From Caldisericia bacterium (GTDB lineage Bacteria > Caldisericota > Caldisericia > JAAYUI01), in contig OY771555.1 of NCBI GenBank assembly GCA_963674785.1, forward strand, positions 1 to 64,000: DNA of 64,000 nucleotides, written 5' to 3'. The first letter of the stretch is position 1; every line of letters begins with the position of its first letter. Position numbers and translations under genes: made by a program. Below, piece after piece: positions 49,792-60,200 of the stretch. The notes beneath the pieces were generated by a model. The model was given only the letters and a program-made list of their open reading frames with translations, did no database searches and had not been told where the DNA came from.

Positions 49792-51864
49792 ATGGAAGAG
49801 GCAAAATTCAAACTGGTTTCTGATTTTTCGCCGTCGGGAGATCAACCACAAGCAATAGAGAAGTTGACCGATGGTATCTGGAGAGGTGTTCAGTTTCAAA
49901 CTCTGCTTGGTGTCACAGGTTCTGGGAAGACATACACCATGGCAAAGGTTATTGAAAAAATAAACCGTCCAACTCTTGTAATTGCCCACAACAAAACCTT
50001 GGCAGCCCAGCTTTATTCTGAGCTATCAGAGTTTTTCCCAGAAAATGCGGTTGAATATTTTGTTTCTTACTATGACTACTACCAACCCGAGGCTTATGTC
50101 GCCACAAAAGACCTCTATATCGCGAAAGAAACCGACATAAATGATGATATAATGAGGCTTCGCCATTCTACCGTAAGATCGCTTCTTGAACGAAGAGACA
50201 CAATTGTTGTAGCATCAGTATCTTGCATCTACGGTTGGGAATCACCAGAGGGATACAAAGAGCAACTTGTCCCAGTGAAAACCGGTCAAACCCTCATGCG
50301 TGATGATTTTATTCACGGTCTTGTTGGTATGCAGTACGCCAGAAACAATATCGCTTTTGAACCTGGAAACATAAGAGTCCGTGGGTCAACTGTTGATGTG
50401 TGGCCACCAGAAACAGAGGGTGCTGTTCGGGTTGAATTTGAATTTGATGAGGTAACAAAAGTTTCTGAACTTGACCCTGTTACAGGTGCAACAAGCCCTG
50501 ATATCGGTGGATTCCTTTTCTTTCCTGCAAAACAATTTATCACAACCCAAGAAAGGCTTGATATTGCTGTTCCAAAAATCGTCACAGAACTAGATGAAAG
50601 AATAAAATTCTTCCAAGAGAACAATAAACCCCTTGAAGCAGAAAGAATTGAAGAGCGAACGAAATACGACATTGAGATGCTTCGTGAGGTTGGATATTGC
50701 AGTGGAATTGAAAACTACAGTATGCACCTTTCTGGTCGAGAGATGGGCATGCAACCATACACCCTTATGAATTTCTTCGCCGAAGACGCTCTCATGATCA
50801 TAGATGAATCACACATGACCGTTCCACAAATCAGAGGGATGTACGCTGGCGACAGAGCCAGGAAAATGAATCTTGTAGATTTTGGATTCAGGCTTCCCTC
50901 AGCACTTGAAAACAGACCACTTAACTGGGAAGAATTTCAAGGATTCATGAATCAGGTTGTATTTGTTTCAGCAACTCCTGCTGATTATGAACGTGAGATT
51001 TCTGAAGAAATTGTTGAACAGCTCATCAGACCAACCGGACTTCTTGATCCCGAAATCGAAGTGAGACCAATAACAGGTCAGATCGATGACCTTAAAAACG
51101 AAATCAAAAAAAGGATTGAAAAGGACGAGAGAACTCTTGTTACTGTTCTTACAAAAAGGATGGCTGAAGATCTCGCTGATTTCTTACTTAAAGAACAGTT
51201 CAAGGTTTGTTATCTTCACTCAGATGTTAGCACCCTTGACAGGGTTGATATACTTAAAAAACTGCGAGAGGGAATTTTCGAGGTTATAGTTGGTGTAAAC
51301 TTACTTCGTGAGGGGCTTGATCTACCTGAGGTTTCACTCATTGCTATCCTTGATGCTGATAAAGAGGGGTTCTTGAGATCGTCAACATCGCTTGTTCAAA
51401 CAATAGGACGTGCCGCAAGAAACGTTGACGGCAAGGTCATCATGTATGCTGACAATATGACTGACTCGATGAAATACGCGATAAGCGAGACAAACAGACG
51501 CCGAGAGATTCAACTTGCCCATAATAAAGAAAAAGGGATTGAGCCAAAGACAATCAAAAAAGCAATCAAAGATATGCTCAAGATTCCAGGAAAAGCATAT
51601 GACAAGGCAAATGTCCCTGAGGGCATGAGCAAACAGGATGTAGAAGCTGTTATCTTGCAGCTAACAGATGAAATGAATCTCTCAGCCTCAATGCTCGAGT
51701 TTGAGAAAGCTGCAAGCATAAGAGACCAAATTGCAATTCTCAAACAAGAATTACTACAGAAGGGTAAGGGTTATGATGAACCCCCATCATCATCAAAACG
51801 AACAAAAACAGCAAGAAAGATAAAATCAAAATTGGTGCAGGCTGAACTTAGAAGGAAGAGGTAG
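49792..51864 (+). CDS. uvrB: Excinuclease ABC subunit B
   Basis: GDQPQAI, GVTGSGKT, YYDYYQPEAY, DESH, GFRLPSALENRPL, LLREGLDLPEV, QTIGRAARN. Confidence 0.98.
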   Translation: MEEAKFKLVSDFSPSGDQPQAIEKLTDGIWRGVQFQTLLGVTGSGKTYTMAKVIEKINRPTLVIAHNKTLAAQLYSELSEFFPENAVEYFVSYYDYYQPEAYVATKDLYIAKETDINDDIMRLRHSTVRSLLERRDTIVVASVSCIYGWESPEGYKEQLVPVKTGQTLMRDDFIHGLVGMQYARNNIAFEPGNIRVRGSTVDVWPPETEGAVRVEFEFDEVTKVSELDPVTGATSPDIGGFLFFPAKQFITTQERLDIAVPKIVTELDERIKFFQENNKPLEAERIEERTKYDIEMLREVGYCSGIENYSMHLSGREMGMQPYTLMNFFAEDALMIIDESHMTVPQIRGMYAGDRARKMNLVDFGFRLPSALENRPLNWEEFQGFMNQVVFVSATPADYEREISEEIVEQLIRPTGLLDPEIEVRPITGQIDDLKNEIKKRIEKDERTLVTVLTKRMAEDLADFLLKEQFKVCYLHSDVSTLDRVDILKKLREGIFEVIVGVNLLREGLDLPEVSLIAILDADKEGFLRSSTSLVQTIGRAARNVDGKVIMYADNMTDSMKYAISETNRRREIQLAHNKEKGIEPKTIKKAIKDMLKIPGKAYDKANVPEGMSKQDVEAVILQLTDEMNLSASMLEFEKAASIRDQIAILKQELLQKGKGYDEPPSSSKRTKTARKIKSKLVQAELRRKR

Positions 51865-51865
51865 G

Positions 51866-52744
51866 TTGATGGACAAAAGAAATCAATTGATTGAAAAAAG
51901 GGCTATTGTATTGGGTTTAGCTGTGAACATAGTGTTATTCTTTTTTAAACTAATCGCCGGTGTCCTTGGCGGCAGTGCTGCCCTTGTTGCTGACTCTGTT
52001 CATACAATCACTGATGTTACAACTGATGTCGCGGTACTTATTGGTTCAAGATTTTGGCATTCCCCAGCCGACAAAAACCACACATACGGTCACGGCCGAA
52101 TCGAAACCGCGGTTGCCTTTGGTATCGGTCTTATACTTGCTTTTACATCATTACAACTCATCATCTCGGCATCAACAAATCTGATTTCTGGAAGCCATGG
52201 CCATACAGAGTTTTGGACAATATGGATTGCAGGTCTTTCAATTTGCTTTAAGGAAGGAATCTTTTTCTACACTCTCCACGCATCAAAGGTTACAAAATCA
52301 ATGGCACTAAAAGCCAATGCTTGGCATCATCGTGCGGACTCAATAAGCACAATCCCTGTAATTGTAGCAATTTATTTGACATCAATATATCCAGGGCTCT
52401 GGTGGGTCGACCCAGTTGGTGTGCTTCTTGTTGCGGGATTAATTTTAAAAACAAGCTTCGACATATCCAAACCTGCTTTTGAACAGCTCGTAGATACTGG
52501 AGCCGACGAAAAGATTGTAAAGAAGATTGAAGAAGTAGTTAATACTGTCCCAGAAATACACTCTGCATGTGACATTAAAACAAGATACGTTGGTGCTGCA
52601 CTACTTGTCGACTTTTCTGTAAGAGTTGACAAAGAGTACTCTATAGCTGAGGGATACGACATTATTCAGAAATCTAAGGACATGCTCACAAAGAAAATCC
52701 CAGATTTAAAAGATGTAACCATCAATCTTGTACCAACAAAGTAA
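51866..52744 (+). CDS. Cation diffusion facilitator (FieF-like)
   Basis: SAALVADSVHTITD, PAD..H.YGHGRIE, ANAWHHRAD. Confidence 0.93.
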   Translation: MMDKRNQLIEKRAIVLGLAVNIVLFFFKLIAGVLGGSAALVADSVHTITDVTTDVAVLIGSRFWHSPADKNHTYGHGRIETAVAFGIGLILAFTSLQLIISASTNLISGSHGHTEFWTIWIAGLSICFKEGIFFYTLHASKVTKSMALKANAWHHRADSISTIPVIVAIYLTSIYPGLWWVDPVGVLLVAGLILKTSFDISKPAFEQLVDTGADEKIVKKIEEVVNTVPEIHSACDIKTRYVGAALLVDFSVRVDKEYSIAEGYDIIQKSKDMLTKKIPDLKDVTINLVPTK

Positions 52745-52747
52745 AAA

Positions 52748-53713
52748 TCAATACCCCGCTAATATATCCACTCTGTTTGGAATTTCCCTGCCCTCACAGG
52801 CAGCATTTAAAGAATGGGCAAGATGTGTCATTCGATCAGATTCCATCTCATGAACCCTACCCCCTCTATGAGGACTCATTACGACGTTTTCAAGCTCATG
52901 AAATGGGTATTTGGATGGAAATGTATTTCGAATGTCTGTTCCATTGCTTTTTGGATAGATATACCAAACATCTGAACCAGCACCATAAATCCGATTATTT
53001 TTAAGGGCTTCATATAATGCCTTTTCATTAACCACTGGCCCTCTGCTTACATTCACAATGATTGAGTTTTTTGGCATTAATCCGAATTCTTTCTCACCTA
53101 TCAAATCAGTCGTTTCTTCTGAAAATGGGATTGTAACAATCACGACATTCGATTTTGGCAATAGTTCATGGAGTTTATCCAATTGAAAAACATTTTCAGC
53201 AAAATCTCCATTCCCCAAGTTTTTTCTAATTCCAAAAACATTCATGGCAAGTGCTGAAAGGACTGATCCAACTCTTTTCCCAATTCTCCCATATCCAATT
53301 ATTAAGGCATTTTTTCCTTCAAGAAGAAGTGACGGCACAACATCATACCTCGGACTCCAATCACCTTTTCTGAATTTTGCATCGATTGAGTTCATCTTTC
53401 TACTTATACAAAGAAGCAAGGAGAGAGCCATCTCGGCAGTCGGGGCAGCATTGTGATGCAGATTATAAACCTCAATATCAGGATAATTCATCATCAAGTC
53501 TTTTGTTTTTTTTGGTAAACCTGCATATGGGATGAAAAGATACTTAAGTTTTTTCGAGGTTTTTATCATCTCCTCTGTCGGTACACCACAAACCAAAGCC
53601 TCAATGTCCTCGGGAATCTGTTTACCGTACGTACAGGAAATACCTGGGTTCAGATGACCCAGAAGAATCTTCTTATTCTTTCCTTCAGGCTCAAGAGCAA
53701 TATGAACTTTCAT
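52748..53713 (-). CDS. D-isomer-specific 2-hydroxyacid dehydrogenase
   Basis: GYGRIG, VNVSRGPVV, DVWY.YP, SPHRGG. Confidence 0.9.
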   Translation of the reverse strand: MKVHIALEPEGKNKKILLGHLNPGISCTYGKQIPEDIEALVCGVPTEEMIKTSKKLKYLFIPYAGLPKKTKDLMMNYPDIEVYNLHHNAAPTAEMALSLLLCISRKMNSIDAKFRKGDWSPRYDVVPSLLLEGKNALIIGYGRIGKRVGSVLSALAMNVFGIRKNLGNGDFAENVFQLDKLHELLPKSNVVIVTIPFSEETTDLIGEKEFGLMPKNSIIVNVSRGPVVNEKALYEALKNNRIYGAGSDVWYIYPKSNGTDIRNTFPSKYPFHELENVVMSPHRGGRVHEMESDRMTHLAHSLNAACEGREIPNRVDILAGY

Positions 53714-53753
53714 GAGAAAAAAATAATCAAAACAAAAGTAGTATCAAGGGTAA

Positions 53754-54176
53754 TTAGTCGTTATTTTTCAAACAAGACTTTATGATTTGTTCAATATCAA
53801 TTGTTTCAAGACCTAAAACTTTTACAAAATCAAGAAGATTCATATCTAAAAAGTCTTCATCAATATTGAGTTTATCCATCACACAATCATTATCTGCTTC
53901 AATCTCAAATAAATAATGTCTGATAATCGTATCACTCTTTAATTCAGGTTCCTCGCCATCTTCTCTGATATAATGATAATGATCACCATGTTTCCAACGT
54001 CTTCTTCCATCTTCTAGAGTTTCGATAGGGGTGCCAATTGGCACCCCATTTTCATCAAATTCAATTCTAAAAGAATCATCAGCAGAATTATTGGTGCTTT
54101 CCGTTCCACATCCGGCAACAACAAAACCCACAAGAAAAACAGCTACCAAAAAAACAATAATAAATCTGCTTTGCAT
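53754..54176 (-). CDS. Lipoprotein with histidine-triad motif and one C-x36-C domain
   Basis: Lipobox VAGC; HGDHYHYI. Confidence 0.75.
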   Translation of the reverse strand: MQSRFIIVFLVAVFLVGFVVAGCGTESTNNSADDSFRIEFDENGVPIGTPIETLEDGRRRWKHGDHYHYIREDGEEPELKSDTIIRHYLFEIEADNDCVMDKLNIDEDFLDMNLLDFVKVLGLETIDIEQIIKSCLKNND

Positions 54177-54193
54177 TCAATTCTCTTTCGTTT

Positions 54194-55201
54194 TTATAAA
54201 CAACAGCTAGAAACTAAATCCCTTAGGGCGCTCATATCCATCCCAATTTCTCGTGATAGCTTACCACCCTGCATATCAAGTGCTTTTACATCCAAATTAA
54301 GCTTTGACGCAACACAATCAACTGGAATCGAGTTTTCTTCACAATAACTCTTTATGTTATCTTTTCCCATCAACTGGGGAAGATCAGAGGCAGCCTGATG
54401 AGTGTCGCTATCATCTAAACCAACATCTTCATCTTCTTCCTTTGGTTCTTCTTCGATCGCTTTATCAATCGATTCAGATTCTTCAACTTCTGTTTCATCT
54501 GTCACTGTATGTGGATCTTCTCTTTGAGGAAGCCCCAAGCAATCGTCGATTGCAAATCTGATATCAGTCATATCGATAACAAGTTCTTCCTTGATGTCTT
54601 TTGCAGATTGGTCAAGTTCTTTCTCGCCAATGCCAAGTTTCTCTGCTAAGCAATCTGCTGGAATATCATTGTTCTTCAAGAATTCCATGAGATTATCAGA
54701 ACCAACTAACTCATCGCTGACATATACAAGTCCTTCATCAACAATAACAGACTCAACTTCATCCGTCTCAGGTTCGTGTTCAGTCTCAGTAGTCTCCGTC
54801 TCGACAGAATGAGGATCTGGTCTTGCCTCAAGCCCCATACATTCGTCTATAATCGCTCTTATATCACTCATATCGATACCGAGTTTGTCTTTTATATCTC
54901 TGGCATCCTTCTTTATTTCAGAATTTGCAATGCCAAGTTTTCCGGAGACACAACTTATATCAACATCATAATCTTCGAGGAAATCATGAAGATTCATTGA
55001 ACCTTCGAGCAGATCACTGATATATCCTAATTCAACATATTCCGATTCAACTTCAGTTTCATCGTGGTCATCATGATCGCTTTCATAAGTTGATTCAACA
55101 CCTGGTGGATTCCAATAACCAAATGCCTGAAAGACATATGCCACGATAACAAACAGCGCAACAAACAAAACACCAACGAGAACTGCTGGTTTTATCTTCA
55201 T
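54194..55201 (-). CDS. Membrane-anchored acidic protein with three C-x36-C domains
   Basis: N-terminal TM, DHDDHD patch, three ~65 aa repeats. Confidence 0.8.
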   Translation of the reverse strand: MKIKPAVLVGVLFVALFVIVAYVFQAFGYWNPPGVESTYESDHDDHDETEVESEYVELGYISDLLEGSMNLHDFLEDYDVDISCVSGKLGIANSEIKKDARDIKDKLGIDMSDIRAIIDECMGLEARPDPHSVETETTETEHEPETDEVESVIVDEGLVYVSDELVGSDNLMEFLKNNDIPADCLAEKLGIGEKELDQSAKDIKEELVIDMTDIRFAIDDCLGLPQREDPHTVTDETEVEESESIDKAIEEEPKEEDEDVGLDDSDTHQAASDLPQLMGKDNIKSYCEENSIPVDCVASKLNLDVKALDMQGGKLSREIGMDMSALRDLVSSCCL

Positions 55202-56022
55202 TTTAAACCATCCTTCCCGTAACCAAAGGCAAACTCAAGCGTACCTGGAACCGGACACTCATCAATACACCTCAAACATTCAATACAAAGTCCCTTGTTA
55301 ACAGAATTGACATTCGAGATTGGAAGTTGATATGGACATGTTGAGTCACATTTACCGCAATCTATACAGGTATCACTATTCCTTTTAATACCAACAGCGG
55401 AAATCTTTGCAACAGGCTGAATCACTCCACCGAGTGGACATCCATACTGGCAAAGTGGTCTCTCAATGACAAGACTTATAAGGAGCACAACACCTAGAAT
55501 TATAATTCCAATAATTGAGGACTCATGCCCCCAGGTGAACAATGTGTTATACGGATCAAATGCTTTAAACCAGAATCCAACCTCAATAAATGTCATAATC
55601 AGAATCAATACGAATACGACATATCTGAACCATCTAAGGGCTTTGTGAACTGGAAGTGGAAGTTTGATATCTTTTTTCCAGATCTTTTTCCTAATTCGAT
55701 AAAGCCACTCCTGAACAGTCCCCATTGGGCAAATCCAGCCACAAAAACCGCCACCAAAAGCAAGAATAGACAAAATAAGTGCGGCAAGCACAACAACATT
55801 TGTGTTACCAGCCCTATGGATAAACTCTCCAGTCTGAATCCACTTCGGCAACATTGCAATTGATCCAAGTGGACAGATACAATCAATTGGACCAGTTCTT
55901 CCAGCAACACCCTTTTCAAATGCAAAATGTGCCCACGAATACCTGATAATAAACGCTGCAAACGCCGCCTGGGACATATATCTTATATATCTCCAATTAA
56001 ACCAAGATTTCTTCTTAGCCAT
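55198..56022 (-). CDS. 4Fe-4S binding membrane protein (NapH/YccM/FtrD-like)
   Basis: CICPLG, FCGWICPMG, CQYGCPLG, CIDCGKCDSTCP, CIECLRCIDECP. Confidence 0.9.
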   Translation of the reverse strand: MAKKKSWFNWRYIRYMSQAAFAAFIIRYSWAHFAFEKGVAGRTGPIDCICPLGSIAMLPKWIQTGEFIHRAGNTNVVVLAALILSILAFGGGFCGWICPMGTVQEWLYRIRKKIWKKDIKLPLPVHKALRWFRYVVFVLILIMTFIEVGFWFKAFDPYNTLFTWGHESSIIGIIILGVVLLISLVIERPLCQYGCPLGGVIQPVAKISAVGIKRNSDTCIDCGKCDSTCPYQLPISNVNSVNKGLCIECLRCIDECPVPGTLEFAFGYGKDGLK

Positions 56023-56125
56023 AAAACCACCTTCCGGATATTTCTAGTAAAACTACGTTATACATCAAATATTACACCAGACCGGGGATTGACAAATATA
56101 ATCTATTATTAGGAATGAATTGCAA

Positions 56126-56377
56126 TTATTTTGCGGAAACCACAGCCCAGAGGCAAAGTAAATAGCCAATAATCCTGATAGCAATCAGAACCCAATCCAT
56201 CGGGCTTCCAGGGATCAAGAATGCAGGATCCCAAATTTTAAATGCATGGCTGATACCAAAGCAAAGGAATCCGATTCCTACAAGAAGAAAGGCCTGTGCC
56301 TCAGTTTTCTTCCAAGAAATAATTCCGAACACAAAAATGGCCATAGCCATAATCAAATTAATAATATAAAGCGTCAT
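56126..56377 (-). CDS. Small 3-TM membrane protein
   Basis: Hydrophobic profile; AGGAG SD. Confidence 0.7.
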   Translation of the reverse strand: MTLYIINLIMAMAIFVFGIISWKKTEAQAFLLVGIGFLCFGISHAFKIWDPAFLIPGSPMDWVLIAIRIIGYLLCLWAVVSAK

Positions 56378-56378
56378 T

Positions 56379-57236
56379 TCATACTCCTTTCACGAGTGTT
56401 ATCTCAGTCTTTCCCCTTCCTTCACCAACAAAGGATTCAAAATCTATTTTCGTCATAAGTATCTCATTTGATTCCAATCTATACACATCTGTACTGAAAT
56501 ATCCATCTCCCACACTTGCGTTTATGTTGGAATCTCCATGAAAGTTATTCATCATCTTTTCTTTATCTGGTGAAATATGAATTCTACCCTTTCTGGCAGT
56601 CAGTGAACCGTTGATACTCACATCTGCCAAGAAAGAAAGCTGAAAAGATGTTGGCTTTAAGAAATTCTTGATTTGAAGTTTTGGGATTCTTTTCGCATCG
56701 AAGGAAAGGAGGTCAAGAATTCCGAGTTGGATTCCCTCGTCCATAACCTGAAGAATCGTTTTTGGTGAAACGCTGTATTGTTCAGATAACTCTTCAATTG
56801 TTGGGCTATCAGAACACAATTCAAAAAGTTTTTTTGTTGATGGCGAGATATTACCCGGAAACCTGGCAAGGCGTATTTGACTGATTCTAGCTCCCATAAC
56901 TTCATTAGAGTACAAAATATATGGGAATCCAGCATTCTCTTTGCTTGTTTGAATAAGCTTACTTGGAAGATAATCCCTTATTTCAATTTCACCCGTGAAG
57001 GTTTCTAGCTCCATTCCATCAAAGAATACGAATTCTCCATTTGCAATAGATGCAACTCTGTGAAGAATGTCGACTGGATGAATTGAATGGTTATCATTGA
57101 GAAGAAATCCATTTTTAAAATATATGTCTAGAACCTCTGTCTCGGTCGTTACTCTAAGTAAACCCGTGTAAGACAAAAAGGAAACCATCCATATCAAATC
57201 TGAAATGTGCTGCTCGATAAGATTACCGTCTCTCAT
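56379..57236 (-). CDS. DUF4388 (PATAN-like) domain protein
   Basis: G.L....ISDLI.......TGLLRV......IYFKNG...GEFVF. Confidence 0.7.
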   Translation of the reverse strand: MRDGNLIEQHISDLIWMVSFLSYTGLLRVTTETEVLDIYFKNGFLLNDNHSIHPVDILHRVASIANGEFVFFDGMELETFTGEIEIRDYLPSKLIQTSKENAGFPYILYSNEVMGARISQIRLARFPGNISPSTKKLFELCSDSPTIEELSEQYSVSPKTILQVMDEGIQLGILDLLSFDAKRIPKLQIKNFLKPTSFQLSFLADVSINGSLTARKGRIHISPDKEKMMNNFHGDSNINASVGDGYFSTDVYRLESNEILMTKIDFESFVGEGRGKTEITLVKGV

Positions 57237-57299
57237 ATTTAGATTATACAAGTAATTCTTATCACGTCAATCTTTCTTATGACTTAATAAAAATTTATA

Positions 57300-60200
57300 T
57301 TAATTAAACGAATAATTTAATTGATCAATAAAACAATCGACTTCTTCAAAGGTTTCGACCTTTATCTTCTCGTCAGAAATCTTCTCACCAGTCACTCTAT
57401 AACAACTTCCAATTTCAAGTTTTTCACAATCTCTTTTTCGAAAATCAAGAATCCAATTTTTCATCTCTTTTGGATCATGTGCTCGAACAATGTCCTTTTC
57501 ACAATCAGTCTCTTCAATTGTTACTTCAATTGTAACAATCTCTTTGCATCCAAACTTCTCTTCAATTTCAAATTCAAGTATTTCTTCTTCACCACAATCG
57601 GGATGAATAACAACTCTCATCATTTCATTTTTTATCATCTCTCTTGTAACAGAATCAATTGACAGTGTGTAATTAACATCATCTGAACCAACAATCGAAA
57701 ATTCTTCCTTTGAAATTACGATGTAATCTATACTTTCACTCTTCCTTTGAAAAATATATTCCCCAGATATCCTATTATCACAATTGTTTTTTATTATGAA
57801 ACTGAGATCAATCTTATCTTTTTCACAAACCGCGATAACAGGATTTTTACCAGTCTCTGTTTTTAATTCATCGCCCCAGAAAACTTCAATTTCACAACAT
57901 GGTTCGCAATCTTCGAGTTTGTTTATTGAGACGTAGTATCGATTTGTTATTCCAGAAAAGATGATGTCGAATATCAACTGCGATGGTAGCTCATCCGGGG
58001 CAGTGAAGTTGAGTGAGTACGTAGAAACGCTTCTTGGGGAGATATTCAAAAATGTGCTATCAATCATTTCACCCTTATCAGTTTTTATTGAGATAAAAAC
58101 ATCGATTGTTTCCTCTCTGCAATTATTCTTGAGCCGTAAGAGCTTATCAAAGGAGAGATTGTCTCCTGGACACACAAAAAATACCGGTGGTAAACCATCC
58201 TCTGTAGACCACGAGATGTCAACATCTGTACAAACCACCACTTCCCCACAACAATTATCCTCTTCTGGTAATGCTGTCCAACTCTGTGCCAACCCAGAAT
58301 CCAGAACACAGATTTCAGCGCAGCCGCTATATCCTAGGATGCTCCTTGAAGACTTGGTATCAAGAATTTCATAATCGCAAAAATACTCAGTTGCTGATCC
58401 ATTACATGGCTTAAAATGGATGATAATCGGGTGCTCAAGATTAATTTCCTCAGTTTCAGTAATCACACCTCTAACTATGCGGCATGGGTCAGTTTTGCAA
58501 CAATCCCCCTCAGCTGCTACCCAACTATCAAGATATACACCCTTATCAGTTTTGTGAATACAAACCTCAGCACAGCCAGAATAACCCAAAATCTTTGTGT
58601 ATGTGTGATCATCGGGAATGTTTTCTACCGATGAGATTTCAAAGGATTCAACTCCGGCACATTGCCTAAAATCGATACTTATTAAACCAGTGTTTGGGTC
58701 TCTTGTTGTTGAAATGATTTCACCAAAAATTGTATCACACTCAGTTGGAGATACCGAGAATGTAAAGTTTGGACTTGTCGAAACAAGAACTCTATTAATA
58801 TCAAAACACTCAACAAACCAGATATAGTTTGTGTTTTTCGAGAGAGGTTCCTTATCATAAGCTATCTGAAATTGATCTGAATCAATCAGATGTTTTGATA
58901 CAACAGGTTTTTCAGAACTAAGCGTTTCAATAATGCTAACACCACTCTTTTTTTCATAAAGATAGAAACTGTAACTCTGAGACTTATCAAGCCTTAAGTC
59001 ATCCCATTTGAAAATGGGATATGGATCAGCGACAATGCTTCCGTTTGATGGCTCAATAATTTCAATCTTTTCCCTGCTTTCGGATATTTTTGAAATCATA
59101 TAGAACTTAAAATCCTTTGACCCATCAAACCATATGCCACCAAAAATGGTTTTAGTTTCAGTGTTAACTACAATTTTTTCTGTAATTATTTTCCCAATCT
59201 CAAGTTGGTCTGCATCATAAACTATTTCGAGACAGTAATTTCCATCGGTATCAACCTGCACTGATGAAATAACAGCAGCATAATGATTACCAGAAATCCT
59301 AGCATCCAGTATCACCGGATTATTCTTAGAAATTGATTTATTGATACCCGATATATCAATATTCTCAATCTCCAAATTGATGTTGTTCTTCGCAAAATAA
59401 TAGTTCAGAGATTTCCACCACGACAAATCGAGATACTCTTCACCGTCAAAAAACTTGCATCCCTTTTGTGAGTTCCAATTTGTCGCCTGCTTCAAATCAT
59501 CGATACCTGGCCATACCCTTCCACTAACATGATTTATAACACTCAAGATAGATGTCGGTACTGTTTCTAATTCCCCAGAATCAAACATCTCAAAGTTTTC
59601 TAATTTTGATTCATCAAGGATCTCTGATGATTCTAAAACTGAGCTTCTTGAGCCAACATCATCAGACTCAACATTCTTACAGAAATCAGGGGAAATGTTT
59701 ATGTATCTGTCTTTGATAGTTGCATCAGTTACTGCCGATGGTTTTGTATAAAGTAGTATTGGTGTCAGACTATATCCGTACTTAATCGAGTTACCTTTTA
59801 TAAAGTCGCAGTCAAGGGTAAACCCCAGTGGTCCGACAGTCTGTGGAGAGATGTACATGTTTTTTAAAATCCAGTTTCCATCGATTGAAAGATTCAGATA
59901 CAGTGGTTTGCGATACCCACTTGATGAGAATTCAACCATGTACCTTTTTTTCTGTTCAAAATTGGTAATTAATTTAAAAAACTCGATATCAGAAACAAAG
60001 CCACATACCTCTTGCTCGGGTTTTGATACCCAGGAGACAACTGTATCATAAGAAACCAGAATCTCCGCGCAACCCGAATATGTCTCAATATTTGTCCCAT
60101 TTTCATCAATCTTTTCTGCAAAAAAATCAAAAGAGGAATCGCCCGACGGAAGCTGCACGTACAGTATTCCATCCTCAAAGCTGTTGACCTCGCAGTTCAT

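Noticed and set aside
56023-56125. Fur/Zur box upstream of the polyferredoxin operon
   Set aside because: Only weak, imperfect palindromes; none is convincing.
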